DNA of 64,000 bases from an uncultured Hyphomicrobiales bacterium (GTDB lineage Bacteria > Bacteroidota > Ignavibacteria > Kapaibacteriales > UBA2268), in the NCBI GenBank assembly GCA_964465945.1, contig CAYXMM010000002.1:66691-130690 (forward strand), read 5' to 3'. Below the pieces are notes generated by a model, which did not search any database, had not been told where the DNA came from, and was given only the letters and a program-made list of their open reading frames with translations. Positions 19,847 through 29,952 of the stretch are shown in pieces. Position 1 is the stretch's first letter. Each line of letters begins with the position of its first letter. A program made the translations under genes and the position numbers.

Positions 19847-22800
19847 TTGCGTATAAGCAGAAAGATATATATAACAATAACAATAATTTTTCTCTTGAGT
19901 TTAAGCAGCAATTCAGTGAGGGGAAGTTTGCTGTATAACGCAGGTCCGTTATATAGCATAGCACCTTTATACGCTTTCTCAAACTTAACTTCTACACAAA
20001 TAAACTACTTTCCTTACTTTTGGTTTCCTTTCATTGCTATGCCTCAATCTTACAGAACAGAAAGAGAACTTTTTAAACCCGATACAAGTTATAAATCAGC
20101 ATTATTTGAGCGATATGGTCGAAGATTTCATCCTGGCAAATATGATTATGGGGAGCCGAACTTGCCGGGTTATGAATTTAAAAGTGAGTATGATGATGAA
20201 ACTGGTGGTATGAAAGTTTATGAGACTTTTAATGGTCAAAAAGTTTTTTATGAGCGAGAACTTACATTAAATGAGTATTTGAATGAGGTTAAACAAAGGT
20301 ATCAGGAAAAAAAATGGGATTCTATTTCTTCTGATTATGATTTAAAGAAAGCATTTTCAGGTGGTGATTTAGCTCGACTAATGTCTACTGCGACTGGATT
20401 TTCAATTCCATTACCCCCTAATCCAATTTTTAGTATTTTCGGCTCGCCCAAGATAAGTATAAATGTCAATGGAGAGGTGAATGTGAGGGTGGGTTGGCGT
20501 TGGAATACCCAAAACTTAGGAACGGTATCTCAATTTGGTCAAACTCAATCAACACCTATTTTTTCGCAAGATATTCGAGTGAATGTAAGTGGTAGTATAG
20601 GTGATAAATTGAAATTGTCGACGGATTGGAATACTCGTCGAAGTTTCGATATGGATAATAGGTTTAAAATTGGCTTTGAAGGTGAAGATGATGATATAAT
20701 AAAGCTTGTTGAGGTTGGAAATGTATCAATGCCTTCTTATAATTCGCTTATAGGTGGAGGTCAAACTTTATTCGGGGTTAGAGCTGATTTTCAATTTGGA
20801 CCTTTATTCTTGAAAACTATTCTTTCACAAAGACGAGGTGAAAGAAGATATGTTGATGTTCAAGGTGGAAAGAACTTAAATCCTTTCACTTTACGTGCTT
20901 ATGACTATGTTCGTAATTATTTCTTTTTGAATGATGAATATAAACAAGTTTATAATGAATACTTTAAATATGCTACTCCTGTTTTACCAGTTCAATTTGA
21001 TAGTATAAGTGTAAAGGAAATTGAAGTATGGGAATCAACTACTCAACTTACAAATACTAAAGTTAGAGAGGCAGTAGCACATAATGTCTTGCCTAAATTA
21101 AGACGTGGGGAGAATTATCCGCAATCGTTAATTGATGCACCTATTACAGCGGGGAAAGTTGAAAGAGGTAGATTTCAACTACTTGATTCAACAAAATGGG
21201 AACTTGATTATAACTTAGGAACTCTAAGAATTGAGAATTTGTCACCAGATAGGACTTATGCAGTTTCGTATCGATTACAAGGTCCATCTCAATCATTAGA
21301 CGACGACCAAAGAATTGGGTATTTATCATCAGAAAGAGAGTTCAAAGAAGTGATGGTGCTTCAACTTGTTTATGTTCGTAATTTACAGCCAGGGTTCAAA
21401 GAACTTTGGGGAAGACAAATGAAGAATATTTACAATATTGGAGCTACTAATGTAGATGCGTCTTCAGCAAAAATTAATATTTGGTATTTACGTCCAAGTA
21501 ATGACTCTGTTGATGTGCTGGAAGGTTCAAATCAGAAAATCGTTACAATTTTTGGCGTTGATAGAACAGATAATAGCGGGCAGGTGCAACCTGATGGTAA
21601 ATATGATATGCGAGAGCCGTTTTTTAATGCGCAAAGAGGGGAAATTACTTTCCCAAGTGTTGAACCATTCAGAGCAGGACTTTATGCCTATTTTGATAGT
21701 TTAGGGAAAAGACAAGTTGCTGATAAATATGTTTATGGCGATGTTTATGATACAACTTGGGATGTTGCCAAAATAAATACAGCAAGAGATAGATTTATTA
21801 TTTCGGGTGAAGTTTCTGGTTCTTCTTCTAATAGAATCAGGTTAGGAGCATTTAACTTAGCCCCTGGTTCAGTTAAAATTTCTCTTGATGGTTCGCCTTT
21901 ACGAGAGTATCAAGATTTCGTTGTTGACTATTTTTCAGGGACGGTTCAACTTAGAAACCCAAGAGCAACCTTACCAAATGCAAATCTTAAAATTGAATAT
22001 GAGCAGGCAGATATATTCCAAGTTTCAACAAAAACTTTAGCAGGATTAAGGGCAGATTATAATTTAATTGATTCAAGGCGAGTCAGGTCTGATTTGGGAT
22101 TCACCTTTATGCACTATAATCAAAGCGCTGTAATCGACCAAGTGCAATTAGGGCAGGAACCAGTTGCAAATACTATGATGGGATTTGATGCAAAATTAAA
22201 TTGGGATACTCCTTGGCTTACTAAATTATTAGACTACTTACCTTTTTATGATACTAAAGCAAAATCAAATTTCGATTTTCTCGCTGAATGGGCTATGATG
22301 TTTCCTGAGCCAAATAAAAGAAAATCGGTTATACCAAGTGATGACGGTGAGTCAGTTGTTTATATTGATAATTTTGAAGCAGCTCAAAGAAGAATAACTT
22401 TGGGGTTAAATCCTTCGCTATGGTCACATAGTTCAGCTCCAGTTGATGAAACTATTGCCCCAACAGCAGAAGAACGAAACCTTTATCGTGGTTCAACTTT
22501 TTGGTATCAAAAATTTATCCCATGGATTAGACAGCGAGATGTTTACCCTGATAAACAAGTATTAATTGGACAAAATAACTTAAGCCCGTTGCAATTTTAT
22601 TTAGAGCCATACATAAGAGGTATTTATAATAATAACCCTGAGTTTCTTGACACTTTGAATCCTATGTATGATGAAAGCCAGCCACATTATATTTTAAGAA
22701 ATGGAGCAGATGGGAGATTAAATAAAGATAGAGTTTGGGGTGGTATGATGAGATTATTATCTTCATTCAATACTAACTTTGATAATGAAAATATTCAGTT

Positions 22801-25800
22801 CATTGAAATAATGATGAATGTATATAATCATGAACAGAATACAAAATTATATTTAGATTTAGGACAGATAAGCGAAGATGTTATTCCAAATGGGAAATTA
22901 AATACAGAAGATGGTATAACAGCAAAAAGCCCACTACCAAATGGCTTAATTGATATTGGAGAAGATGTCGGCATTGATGGATTAAGTAATGAAGAGGAAA
23001 AAACAAATACGGATCCAAATAAGTTAATTTTTCCATATCCATTGAGCTTGGAAGATGACCCAGCAAGAGATGATTATTTCTTTGACTTCAAACAAAATGT
23101 AAGCGACCAAGTTGAAAAAGACTTTGTCAAATATAATAATTTTGAAAATAATTCCAAAATGTCTGAAATGGGTGCTTTTCCAGATACTGAAATTTTAAAT
23201 GACAATAATGGGCAACAAATAGCCCTTGACAATAGCTATTTTAGATATGAAATTGATATTTCAAATTTGAACGAAAGCACTAATCCCCAAATAGTCGGAG
23301 GTAACCCATCTAAGGGTTGGTATTTATTTAGAATTCCAATTAGAAAACCAACTTCAAAAGTTGGTAATCCACAATTTACAAATATCCAATATGTAAGGTT
23401 AGCAGCACAGGGTGGAGTAGCACAAGTATGGATTGCAGATTGGGCTTTAGTTGGTTCTCAATGGCAGAGAATTAACACATTTCAATCAGTTCCTCCATCT
23501 GATAGTGCTATGCAAGTTTCTTTTGTTAATTCATTTGAAAATGGTTCATCTCCTGACTATTACACAATGCCTCCAGGTGTTCGCTCTCCAAGACAAATTA
23601 ATAGCCCTAATCCTCAACAGAATATTAGATTAAACGAGCAATCTCTAAGAGTTTGTGTGAGTAATTTGAAATTTGGTGAAGAAAGAATGGCAACAAGAAT
23701 TTTCCAAAATATGGATATATTCTATTATAAAAAATTGAAATTCTTTGTCCATGGCGATGGCTCTATGCCAAATGTAATTCAGCAAGGAACAATTCCTGAT
23801 GCTTATGTTTATATGCGGTTCGGTATTGATTCAAATAACTACTACGAATATAAACAACCATTAACATCGAATTGGGACGATATTGAAATTGATTTAAGGA
23901 AGCTTACTTCTATTAAACAAATCCGTGATAATAGTAAATTGAATGAAAGACAAGAGTTTCCAGCAGGAAATGGTAATCCGAATGCCACTTTTGCAATAAA
24001 AGGAACGCCAATCTTAACGCGTATAAGTTTCTTTGGATTTGGTGTTGCTAATCCAAGCGAACGTTTTCCTAATGACTTAACTACTTGTATCTGGGTTGAT
24101 GAGTTAAGATTAACTGATGCAGAAAATAGCAATGATTGGGCTGCAAATGTTTCATCTAACTTACAATTAGCTGATTTGGGAACTGTAACAGCATCAATGA
24201 ATACCAAGCAAGCGAATTTCCATAAACTCGAAGAAAGATTTGGGGATAGAAAAAATGATGGCAATTTCACCATTTCTATGCAAGGAAATTTAGAAAAACT
24301 TGCTCCAAAAGAGTTTAAACAAATGAAAATTCCAATTGCTTATACTCATGCTGAGTTATTATCTACTCCAAAATTTATAGCGAACACTGACCTTGCACTT
24401 GAAGAAGCAATGGCTATAACAAGGGATAATATTTTAGACAATGGAGGAAGTAAAGCAGAAGCAGATAGAGAAGCTAATAAACTTAAAGATAAATCAGAAT
24501 TACTTAAAGTTCAAGACCAATGGTCGCTTACTGGAATAAAATTAGGTATCCCAGTTAATCACTGGTCAATAAATGAAACTCTAAATAAGTTGAACTTTAA
24601 TTACACATATTCACAAGAATATACAAGAACCCCTGTCTATGAAAATAGGTTTAATTGGAATTGGACATTAGATGCTAATTATACAAATTCACTCCCTGAT
24701 ATTCTTGCTTTTAGCCCAACAAAATTCTTAAAAGATGTGCCTGTAATTGGGGTTTATGGAGATTGGAAATTGAACTTATTACCTTCGAATATTGGCTTTG
24801 GATTAAATATGACTAGGGGGAGACAGACAGAACAATCAAGATTCTTAACCTTTGCTTCACCTGTTGTAAGAAGTTTCTTTGCAGATAGGAAAGCTAATTT
24901 TACTTGGAAACTTAGCCAAGGTGGATTATTATCGCCAAGTATTGATTATTCGTTCAATACAAGAAGTTCATTAATTGATTTAGAGCATGATGAGTTTGGA
25001 AATCAAAGAACTGGGAGTCAAATTTCAAATGCGATGTTTTCAAATGGCTTCGATTTTGGTAGAAATACTACTCATAATCAAATGTTCACAATAAACTTTA
25101 AACCAATTTTACCAGTTGGATTTTTAAATAAATACTTGGATATGAATGGTTCTTATAATGTGAATTACTCATGGAATGACCCATTAATGCCAGACCCTGC
25201 TGTGCGTGATAGAGCAAAAAATGCTACTTATAATGGCCAGTTTCGTTATAATATAAATGTAAGTTTAAGAAGCTTTGGTGACGAAATTTTTGGAATTACT
25301 CCAAGTAAGATGTTTGGTAAAAGAAAAGATGATAAGACAGGCGAAGAAGTAACTGATTGGGGAAGTCAAATATTATTAGCTTTCAAATCCATTCTTTTAG
25401 ATTATGAGAAAATTAATATTACTTTAAGCCAAACAAATAATTCTACTAATCCAGGTGTTTTTGGTGGAACTGGTATGAGTAATTTCTGGGGTAGAGGGAT
25501 TACTGGAAGAGAGAGTTTGAATAATTTCGGACCAAGTTTCGCTTATCAAATGGGATTAACGTCTAATCCTCATGGTGGGTTTAATATATCTCCTTCAAGT
25601 AGTTTTCCATTTTTCTCTTTTGATTCTTACCCTGGTTTGAGACCACCAAATGGGCGATATCAAGATAATTACAGACAAAGCACAGATTTGAATATTGCTA
25701 CCAATAGACCTCTTTGGGAAGGAGCAACACTTGATTTAACATGGAAAACTTCACAAGCGTTTAATAGAAACCAAACTGTAATAACGGATGTTAATGGTGT

Positions 25801-26734
25801 TCCGACTTTTACAAATGTAATTGCTATGCAAACTATTGACAAATCATACATTTCTTTACCAACTATTTTCGGTTTAAATTTATTTGGTAACACAGTTGAA
25901 GATGTTGTGAAAGGTTTTGAGTTACGAAGAGATGCGATAGTCCAGAGGACAGATATTGATACACTTGAGAAAAATAAATTGTTAAACAGAGCATTAGCTC
26001 AATCGTTCTATGAAGAATTAGAAGCTTTCTCATTCTCTGGTGTTGGTCAATTAGGTCATTTCTTACCTTCAATCAACTGGGGAATAAGGTGGACTGGAAT
26101 TGAAAAATGGACAATTTGGGGAGGATATTTGAAGAAGGTTCAAGTAGATCATAACTATACGTCAAACTATTCCGAAGCGGTTCAAATCACTGATAATGGT
26201 CGAGTAATCCAAAATCAACAAGTTACAACGGGCTTCTCGCCATTAATAGGGGTGAATGTCTCATTTGATGAAGCAAAAACCAAAGGAACTTTGACTGGTT
26301 CTATTAGGTGGAATAGAACGCAAGGATATAACTTAAATGCTGCAGCAAAATCAGTAGTAACCTCACAAACAACAAATGAAATTGCGGTGCAAGCAAACTA
26401 TACAATGAATAGCTTTTCAATTCCATTTTTGGGCTTTCAACTCAAAAATGAGCTTGAGTTCAGCTTCTTGGGTTCATATAAATTCAATGGACGAGGAACA
26501 TTCGACGTATTCGACCCAACAAGTTTTTCTGGCGGACAAGAACAAGGTCGAGTATTAGATGGAAGCACTGTTGTATCAGTCGAGCCAAGAGTAAGGTATT
26601 CTCTATCAGAAAGATTAACCGCATCATTTTTCGTAAGATATGACGGTACATTCAACGTAGGAGCTTCAAACCCAGGTTTCCATACTACCCAAGTAGGTCT
26701 TGATTTCCGACTTTCAATCGCTGGTGGTAGATAG
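19847..26734 (+). CDS. sprA: giant outer-membrane protein, SprA/Sov-like T9SS translocon
   Basis: 2295-aa single ORF with a signal peptide and beta-rich composition, ending in a beta-barrel-like ...GLDFRLSIAGGR. Size and genome context (many T9SS cargo proteins) fit SprA. No sequence search was possible. Confidence 0.6.
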   Translation: MRISRKIYITITIIFLLSLSSNSVRGSLLYNAGPLYSIAPLYAFSNLTSTQINYFPYFWFPFIAMPQSYRTERELFKPDTSYKSALFERYGRRFHPGKYDYGEPNLPGYEFKSEYDDETGGMKVYETFNGQKVFYERELTLNEYLNEVKQRYQEKKWDSISSDYDLKKAFSGGDLARLMSTATGFSIPLPPNPIFSIFGSPKISINVNGEVNVRVGWRWNTQNLGTVSQFGQTQSTPIFSQDIRVNVSGSIGDKLKLSTDWNTRRSFDMDNRFKIGFEGEDDDIIKLVEVGNVSMPSYNSLIGGGQTLFGVRADFQFGPLFLKTILSQRRGERRYVDVQGGKNLNPFTLRAYDYVRNYFFLNDEYKQVYNEYFKYATPVLPVQFDSISVKEIEVWESTTQLTNTKVREAVAHNVLPKLRRGENYPQSLIDAPITAGKVERGRFQLLDSTKWELDYNLGTLRIENLSPDRTYAVSYRLQGPSQSLDDDQRIGYLSSEREFKEVMVLQLVYVRNLQPGFKELWGRQMKNIYNIGATNVDASSAKINIWYLRPSNDSVDVLEGSNQKIVTIFGVDRTDNSGQVQPDGKYDMREPFFNAQRGEITFPSVEPFRAGLYAYFDSLGKRQVADKYVYGDVYDTTWDVAKINTARDRFIISGEVSGSSSNRIRLGAFNLAPGSVKISLDGSPLREYQDFVVDYFSGTVQLRNPRATLPNANLKIEYEQADIFQVSTKTLAGLRADYNLIDSRRVRSDLGFTFMHYNQSAVIDQVQLGQEPVANTMMGFDAKLNWDTPWLTKLLDYLPFYDTKAKSNFDFLAEWAMMFPEPNKRKSVIPSDDGESVVYIDNFEAAQRRITLGLNPSLWSHSSAPVDETIAPTAEERNLYRGSTFWYQKFIPWIRQRDVYPDKQVLIGQNNLSPLQFYLEPYIRGIYNNNPEFLDTLNPMYDESQPHYILRNGADGRLNKDRVWGGMMRLLSSFNTNFDNENIQFIEIMMNVYNHEQNTKLYLDLGQISEDVIPNGKLNTEDGITAKSPLPNGLIDIGEDVGIDGLSNEEEKTNTDPNKLIFPYPLSLEDDPARDDYFFDFKQNVSDQVEKDFVKYNNFENNSKMSEMGAFPDTEILNDNNGQQIALDNSYFRYEIDISNLNESTNPQIVGGNPSKGWYLFRIPIRKPTSKVGNPQFTNIQYVRLAAQGGVAQVWIADWALVGSQWQRINTFQSVPPSDSAMQVSFVNSFENGSSPDYYTMPPGVRSPRQINSPNPQQNIRLNEQSLRVCVSNLKFGEERMATRIFQNMDIFYYKKLKFFVHGDGSMPNVIQQGTIPDAYVYMRFGIDSNNYYEYKQPLTSNWDDIEIDLRKLTSIKQIRDNSKLNERQEFPAGNGNPNATFAIKGTPILTRISFFGFGVANPSERFPNDLTTCIWVDELRLTDAENSNDWAANVSSNLQLADLGTVTASMNTKQANFHKLEERFGDRKNDGNFTISMQGNLEKLAPKEFKQMKIPIAYTHAELLSTPKFIANTDLALEEAMAITRDNILDNGGSKAEADREANKLKDKSELLKVQDQWSLTGIKLGIPVNHWSINETLNKLNFNYTYSQEYTRTPVYENRFNWNWTLDANYTNSLPDILAFSPTKFLKDVPVIGVYGDWKLNLLPSNIGFGLNMTRGRQTEQSRFLTFASPVVRSFFADRKANFTWKLSQGGLLSPSIDYSFNTRSSLIDLEHDEFGNQRTGSQISNAMFSNGFDFGRNTTHNQMFTINFKPILPVGFLNKYLDMNGSYNVNYSWNDPLMPDPAVRDRAKNATYNGQFRYNINVSLRSFGDEIFGITPSKMFGKRKDDKTGEEVTDWGSQILLAFKSILLDYEKINITLSQTNNSTNPGVFGGTGMSNFWGRGITGRESLNNFGPSFAYQMGLTSNPHGGFNISPSSSFPFFSFDSYPGLRPPNGRYQDNYRQSTDLNIATNRPLWEGATLDLTWKTSQAFNRNQTVITDVNGVPTFTNVIAMQTIDKSYISLPTIFGLNLFGNTVEDVVKGFELRRDAIVQRTDIDTLEKNKLLNRALAQSFYEELEAFSFSGVGQLGHFLPSINWGIRWTGIEKWTIWGGYLKKVQVDHNYTSNYSEAVQITDNGRVIQNQQVTTGFSPLIGVNVSFDEAKTKGTLTGSIRWNRTQGYNLNAAAKSVVTSQTTNEIAVQANYTMNSFSIPFLGFQLKNELEFSFLGSYKFNGRGTFDVFDPTSFSGGQEQGRVLDGSTVVSVEPRVRYSLSERLTASFFVRYDGTFNVGASNPGFHTTQVGLDFRLSIAGGR

Positions 26735-27052
26735 GATTAATTTTTATAAATTGAATATTGCACTAATTAATTTATTTTTTTAATCATCAATTAGTCTTCT
26801 AAGAATAGTATCAAAGTAATATTGAGTGATGTTAAACAACTTTTAAAACACATTTCTTTTTCTTTCATTAGATTCGATTTTACAATATATATTAATTAAG
26901 ATTTTATAATAAAATGATAGTTTCTTCGGTTACAAACTACTACATAATGATTGTCGACTTTATGTAAAGTAAGGTATTCGCCTCAAAAAATGGCTATAAT
27001 ACAATATTAAAACCATTAAGAAAATAGAAAATTTAGAAATATTTTGAATTTA

Positions 27053-27090
27053 ACCGATAAAAAAAATAAACCTCACTCGAGAGTGAGGTT
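27053..27090 (-). terminator. Rho-independent terminator downstream of the BI-1 gene
   Basis: AACCTCACTC-GAGAGTGAGGTT hairpin with a T-run on the minus strand. Confidence 0.75.
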
Positions 27091-27120
27091 ATAATAAATT
27101 ATTTACAATTAATTTTCCAA

Positions 27121-27825
27121 TTAATCTCTGTTTCCGCCAAGTAATCTTAGTAAGAATAAGAATAAGTTGATGAAGTCAAGATATAAAGTTAATGCTCCTA
27201 AGATTGCAGCTTTTGAAGCAATTTCATTTCCTTGTGATTGAACTTCATACATTTCTTTTAGTTTTTGAGTGTCGTAAGCTGTTAAGCCAGCAAATACAAT
27301 TACACCAATGATTGAAATCATCATACTAAGCATTGAGCTCGCGAAAAAGAAATTTGCTATTGTTGCAAGAATAATTCCGACTAAACCCATAAACATAAAT
27401 CTTCCTACCCCTGATAAGTCTTTTTTTGCAGTATAACCATAAAAGCTAAGTGCGGCAAATGAACCGGCAGTTATAAAAAACACATTTGCTATCGACTCTC
27501 CTGAATATACTAATGCCAGAGTTGAAAAGGTAATTCCAGTTAATCCAGAATAAAGAACAAACAGGGCAGAGGCAACCATTGAACTCATTTTATTTACTGC
27601 AGCCGAGAGAGCAAACACAAGCCCTAATGTTGCAAAGAAAAATAACCACATATAGTCTATAACACTATATACAAGACCACTATCATAGAAGTAGTAAGAA
27701 ACTCCAGCGGTAATACCAAGACCAGCTACCATCCAAGAATATACTTTATTTAAAAAAGCTCTTTGGAGTTGAGCGATTTCACTATCAGTTTTGTAAACCG
27801 AATTGTATGTATAACCTGTCTCCAT
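27121..27825 (-). CDS. Bax inhibitor-1/YccA (TMBIM) family membrane protein
   Basis: Seven-TM profile and a short charged C-terminal tail. Confidence 0.75.
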   Translation of the reverse strand: METGYTYNSVYKTDSEIAQLQRAFLNKVYSWMVAGLGITAGVSYYFYDSGLVYSVIDYMWLFFFATLGLVFALSAAVNKMSSMVASALFVLYSGLTGITFSTLALVYSGESIANVFFITAGSFAALSFYGYTAKKDLSGVGRFMFMGLVGIILATIANFFFASSMLSMMISIIGVIVFAGLTAYDTQKLKEMYEVQSQGNEIASKAAILGALTLYLDFINLFLFLLRLLGGNRD

Positions 27826-27843
27826 TTTGTCCTCTAAATTAAT

Positions 27844-28536
27844 TTAAAAATAAATCCCAACTGAAACTGATAAATAATTTTTTTTATCATTGTTAGTAAA
27901 AGTGTCTACCAAGTTTAAGACGTGAAAGCGTGCGTCTAAGTTTAATTTTAAAAGTGCTAAATTTAAATCAAAGCCAGCACCATAAGACATTCCTAATGAA
28001 TTGTATGCTCCTGTTTCTTCAATTGGAATTGTAATTGTTTTATCATCAGTAATTGGTACATCAGTTGTAAATGTAAATTTATTGTAAGAAAATTCACTTG
28101 AAGCATAGAAATTAAGAACATCTAAAGAAAGAAAGTAAAAATCAATACCAGCAGTGATTGGAATAATATTCTGAAAGGTGAAAATTGTTGCTAAAATTTC
28201 GTTCGTTTCAGGATGTTTAACTTCTAATCGGCTTTGTTGGAAGCGATGATAACCAACACTACCTTGGAGTTTGAAATAGTCATTTAAAGGAATTTTTACT
28301 CTTATACCTAAATGATAACCAAACCCAGCACCTTCTCGGATCATATTTCCAATAATTGTATCGTTCTCAACCGAGCTTATACTTTTAAATACTGGTTGAA
28401 AATCTCTATTATAAATATTATTAATTTGGTTATTTGGAGTTGATAAACCAATTTCAACACCAAAATCTACATCATCATTAGCTTTTGCTATGATATTAGT
28501 GAGAAGTAATACACCTAATAATATATATAATTTCAT
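27844..28536 (-). CDS. small outer-membrane beta-barrel protein
   Basis: Signal peptide, alternating beta-strand pattern, C-terminal ...SVGIYF aromatic beta-signal. Confidence 0.6.
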   Translation of the reverse strand: MKLYILLGVLLLTNIIAKANDDVDFGVEIGLSTPNNQINNIYNRDFQPVFKSISSVENDTIIGNMIREGAGFGYHLGIRVKIPLNDYFKLQGSVGYHRFQQSRLEVKHPETNEILATIFTFQNIIPITAGIDFYFLSLDVLNFYASSEFSYNKFTFTTDVPITDDKTITIPIEETGAYNSLGMSYGAGFDLNLALLKLNLDARFHVLNLVDTFTNNDKKNYLSVSVGIYF

Positions 28537-28566
28537 TTTTCATAATAATAATTTTCTCAAATTTAA

Positions 28567-29952
28567 CTAAAATCTATATGAAAATCCAACAAGAACATTT
28601 GTTATGTCTCTAACATTTTTATAAGATTGTCCAGAATAAACCAAAGTTGTTTCGTCATAATCACGATTTGAAAGAGATACATCAACCATTATGTTTTTTC
28701 CAATCATAACTCCGGCACCCACTGCTTTTGTTATCATAGTTCCAAGGTCAATAAATCCTTGTCTGTAAGGAGTATTATGTGATGAATATGAAGCACGTAA
28801 AAATACTGGATAGAATGGTAACTGATATTCGGCACCAACCCCCCAATCTATTTTAGCAGAAGCTAATCTTTCAGGGACAATCTCGTTCAAATCATCTGTA
28901 AAATTATCACTTGATGTAAATTTCAAATTTGACATATCCATATAACTCATAGCACCAGATAAAGTTAGTCCAACAAAATTATAAGACACTCCTAAATTAA
29001 ATTTAGTTGGAGTGATTACAGTATATTTTGATTCTCCATTACTTTTAACATCAACGTAATCTTGATTGTCGAAATCAGAAGTTGCATTAAGATTCCATTT
29101 TTCTTTAATTGTGTAAATATTTGGCAGGTCAACCGATAGAAATACTCTTGAGCTTTCTGTTGGAGTTGCCATTATTCCAATAGTTCCAGTAAACCCACTA
29201 ATATCTTGACTTAATTTTTCTGTATAATATAAAGATTTAAAGTCAACATCTGTCCAACTTGTTGCGTCGTTGATTTGATACTTATTAATTGCGTCTAACT
29301 CATCTAATTTTTTTGTGTATGAATAATCTGTGCTAAACCCGCTTATACTAAAGCCAAGTGAGAAGGTTTTATTCAATGAAAATGAGAATCCACCAGTAAA
29401 TCTTGAATTACTTCCGTCTTGAAGTAATGAGTAATTTTGTTGTAACGAGTCTTGTAGAGGCGTAATTCCGTCTTTATTAGATAGTGCTAAATCTTGCATA
29501 AATTGTTGTTTAGAATTTGCTGCAATAAAAGAGTTTTTCCCATTAAAAGTTGAAAAATTATTATAGTCATAAAAACTTTTGTCGTTAAAATAACCGAAAC
29601 CGATTACATATTTTTTACCTTCACTTTCAAACGGAGCAACAAAAGTAAAATTAGAAAGATACTGGTCTGAACGATCATTTGTAAAATTTTTACTTAAATA
29701 ATTAATATCTGAGTTAAGATACTTAACAGCAAGTCCTGCTTGAATTTCAGTTGTCGGAACAAGCTGCATACCAGCAGGGTTATAATATAGAGCTGCTCCG
29801 TCGTCATTAATGCCATAGTATGATATACCTAAGGCATTTGAACGAGGGCTAATTCCATTCTCGCTTTGTGTTAATCGTAATCCATCATCAATAAATTGAG
29901 CATTTGCTATATAGCATAGAAAAAAACTTGCTATTATAAAAATATTTTTCAT
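28567..29952 (-). CDS. outer-membrane channel, FadL/TodX/PorV-like
   Basis: Signal peptide, N-terminal ...AALYYNPAGM... (NPAG motif of FadL-like barrels), C-terminal ...VGFSYRF. The start overlaps the stop of the upstream lipoprotein gene (TAATG). Confidence 0.5.
   Translation of the reverse strand: MKNIFIIASFFLCYIANAQFIDDGLRLTQSENGISPRSNALGISYYGINDDGAALYYNPAGMQLVPTTEIQAGLAVKYLNSDINYLSKNFTNDRSDQYLSNFTFVAPFESEGKKYVIGFGYFNDKSFYDYNNFSTFNGKNSFIAANSKQQFMQDLALSNKDGITPLQDSLQQNYSLLQDGSNSRFTGGFSFSLNKTFSLGFSISGFSTDYSYTKKLDELDAINKYQINDATSWTDVDFKSLYYTEKLSQDISGFTGTIGIMATPTESSRVFLSVDLPNIYTIKEKWNLNATSDFDNQDYVDVKSNGESKYTVITPTKFNLGVSYNFVGLTLSGAMSYMDMSNLKFTSSDNFTDDLNEIVPERLASAKIDWGVGAEYQLPFYPVFLRASYSSHNTPYRQGFIDLGTMITKAVGAGVMIGKNIMVDVSLSNRDYDETTLVYSGQSYKNVRDITNVLVGFSYRF

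Noticed and set aside
21144-26655. Small ORFs within or antisense to the SprA-like gene
   Set aside because: Embedded in a 2295-aa continuous ORF; no independent support.
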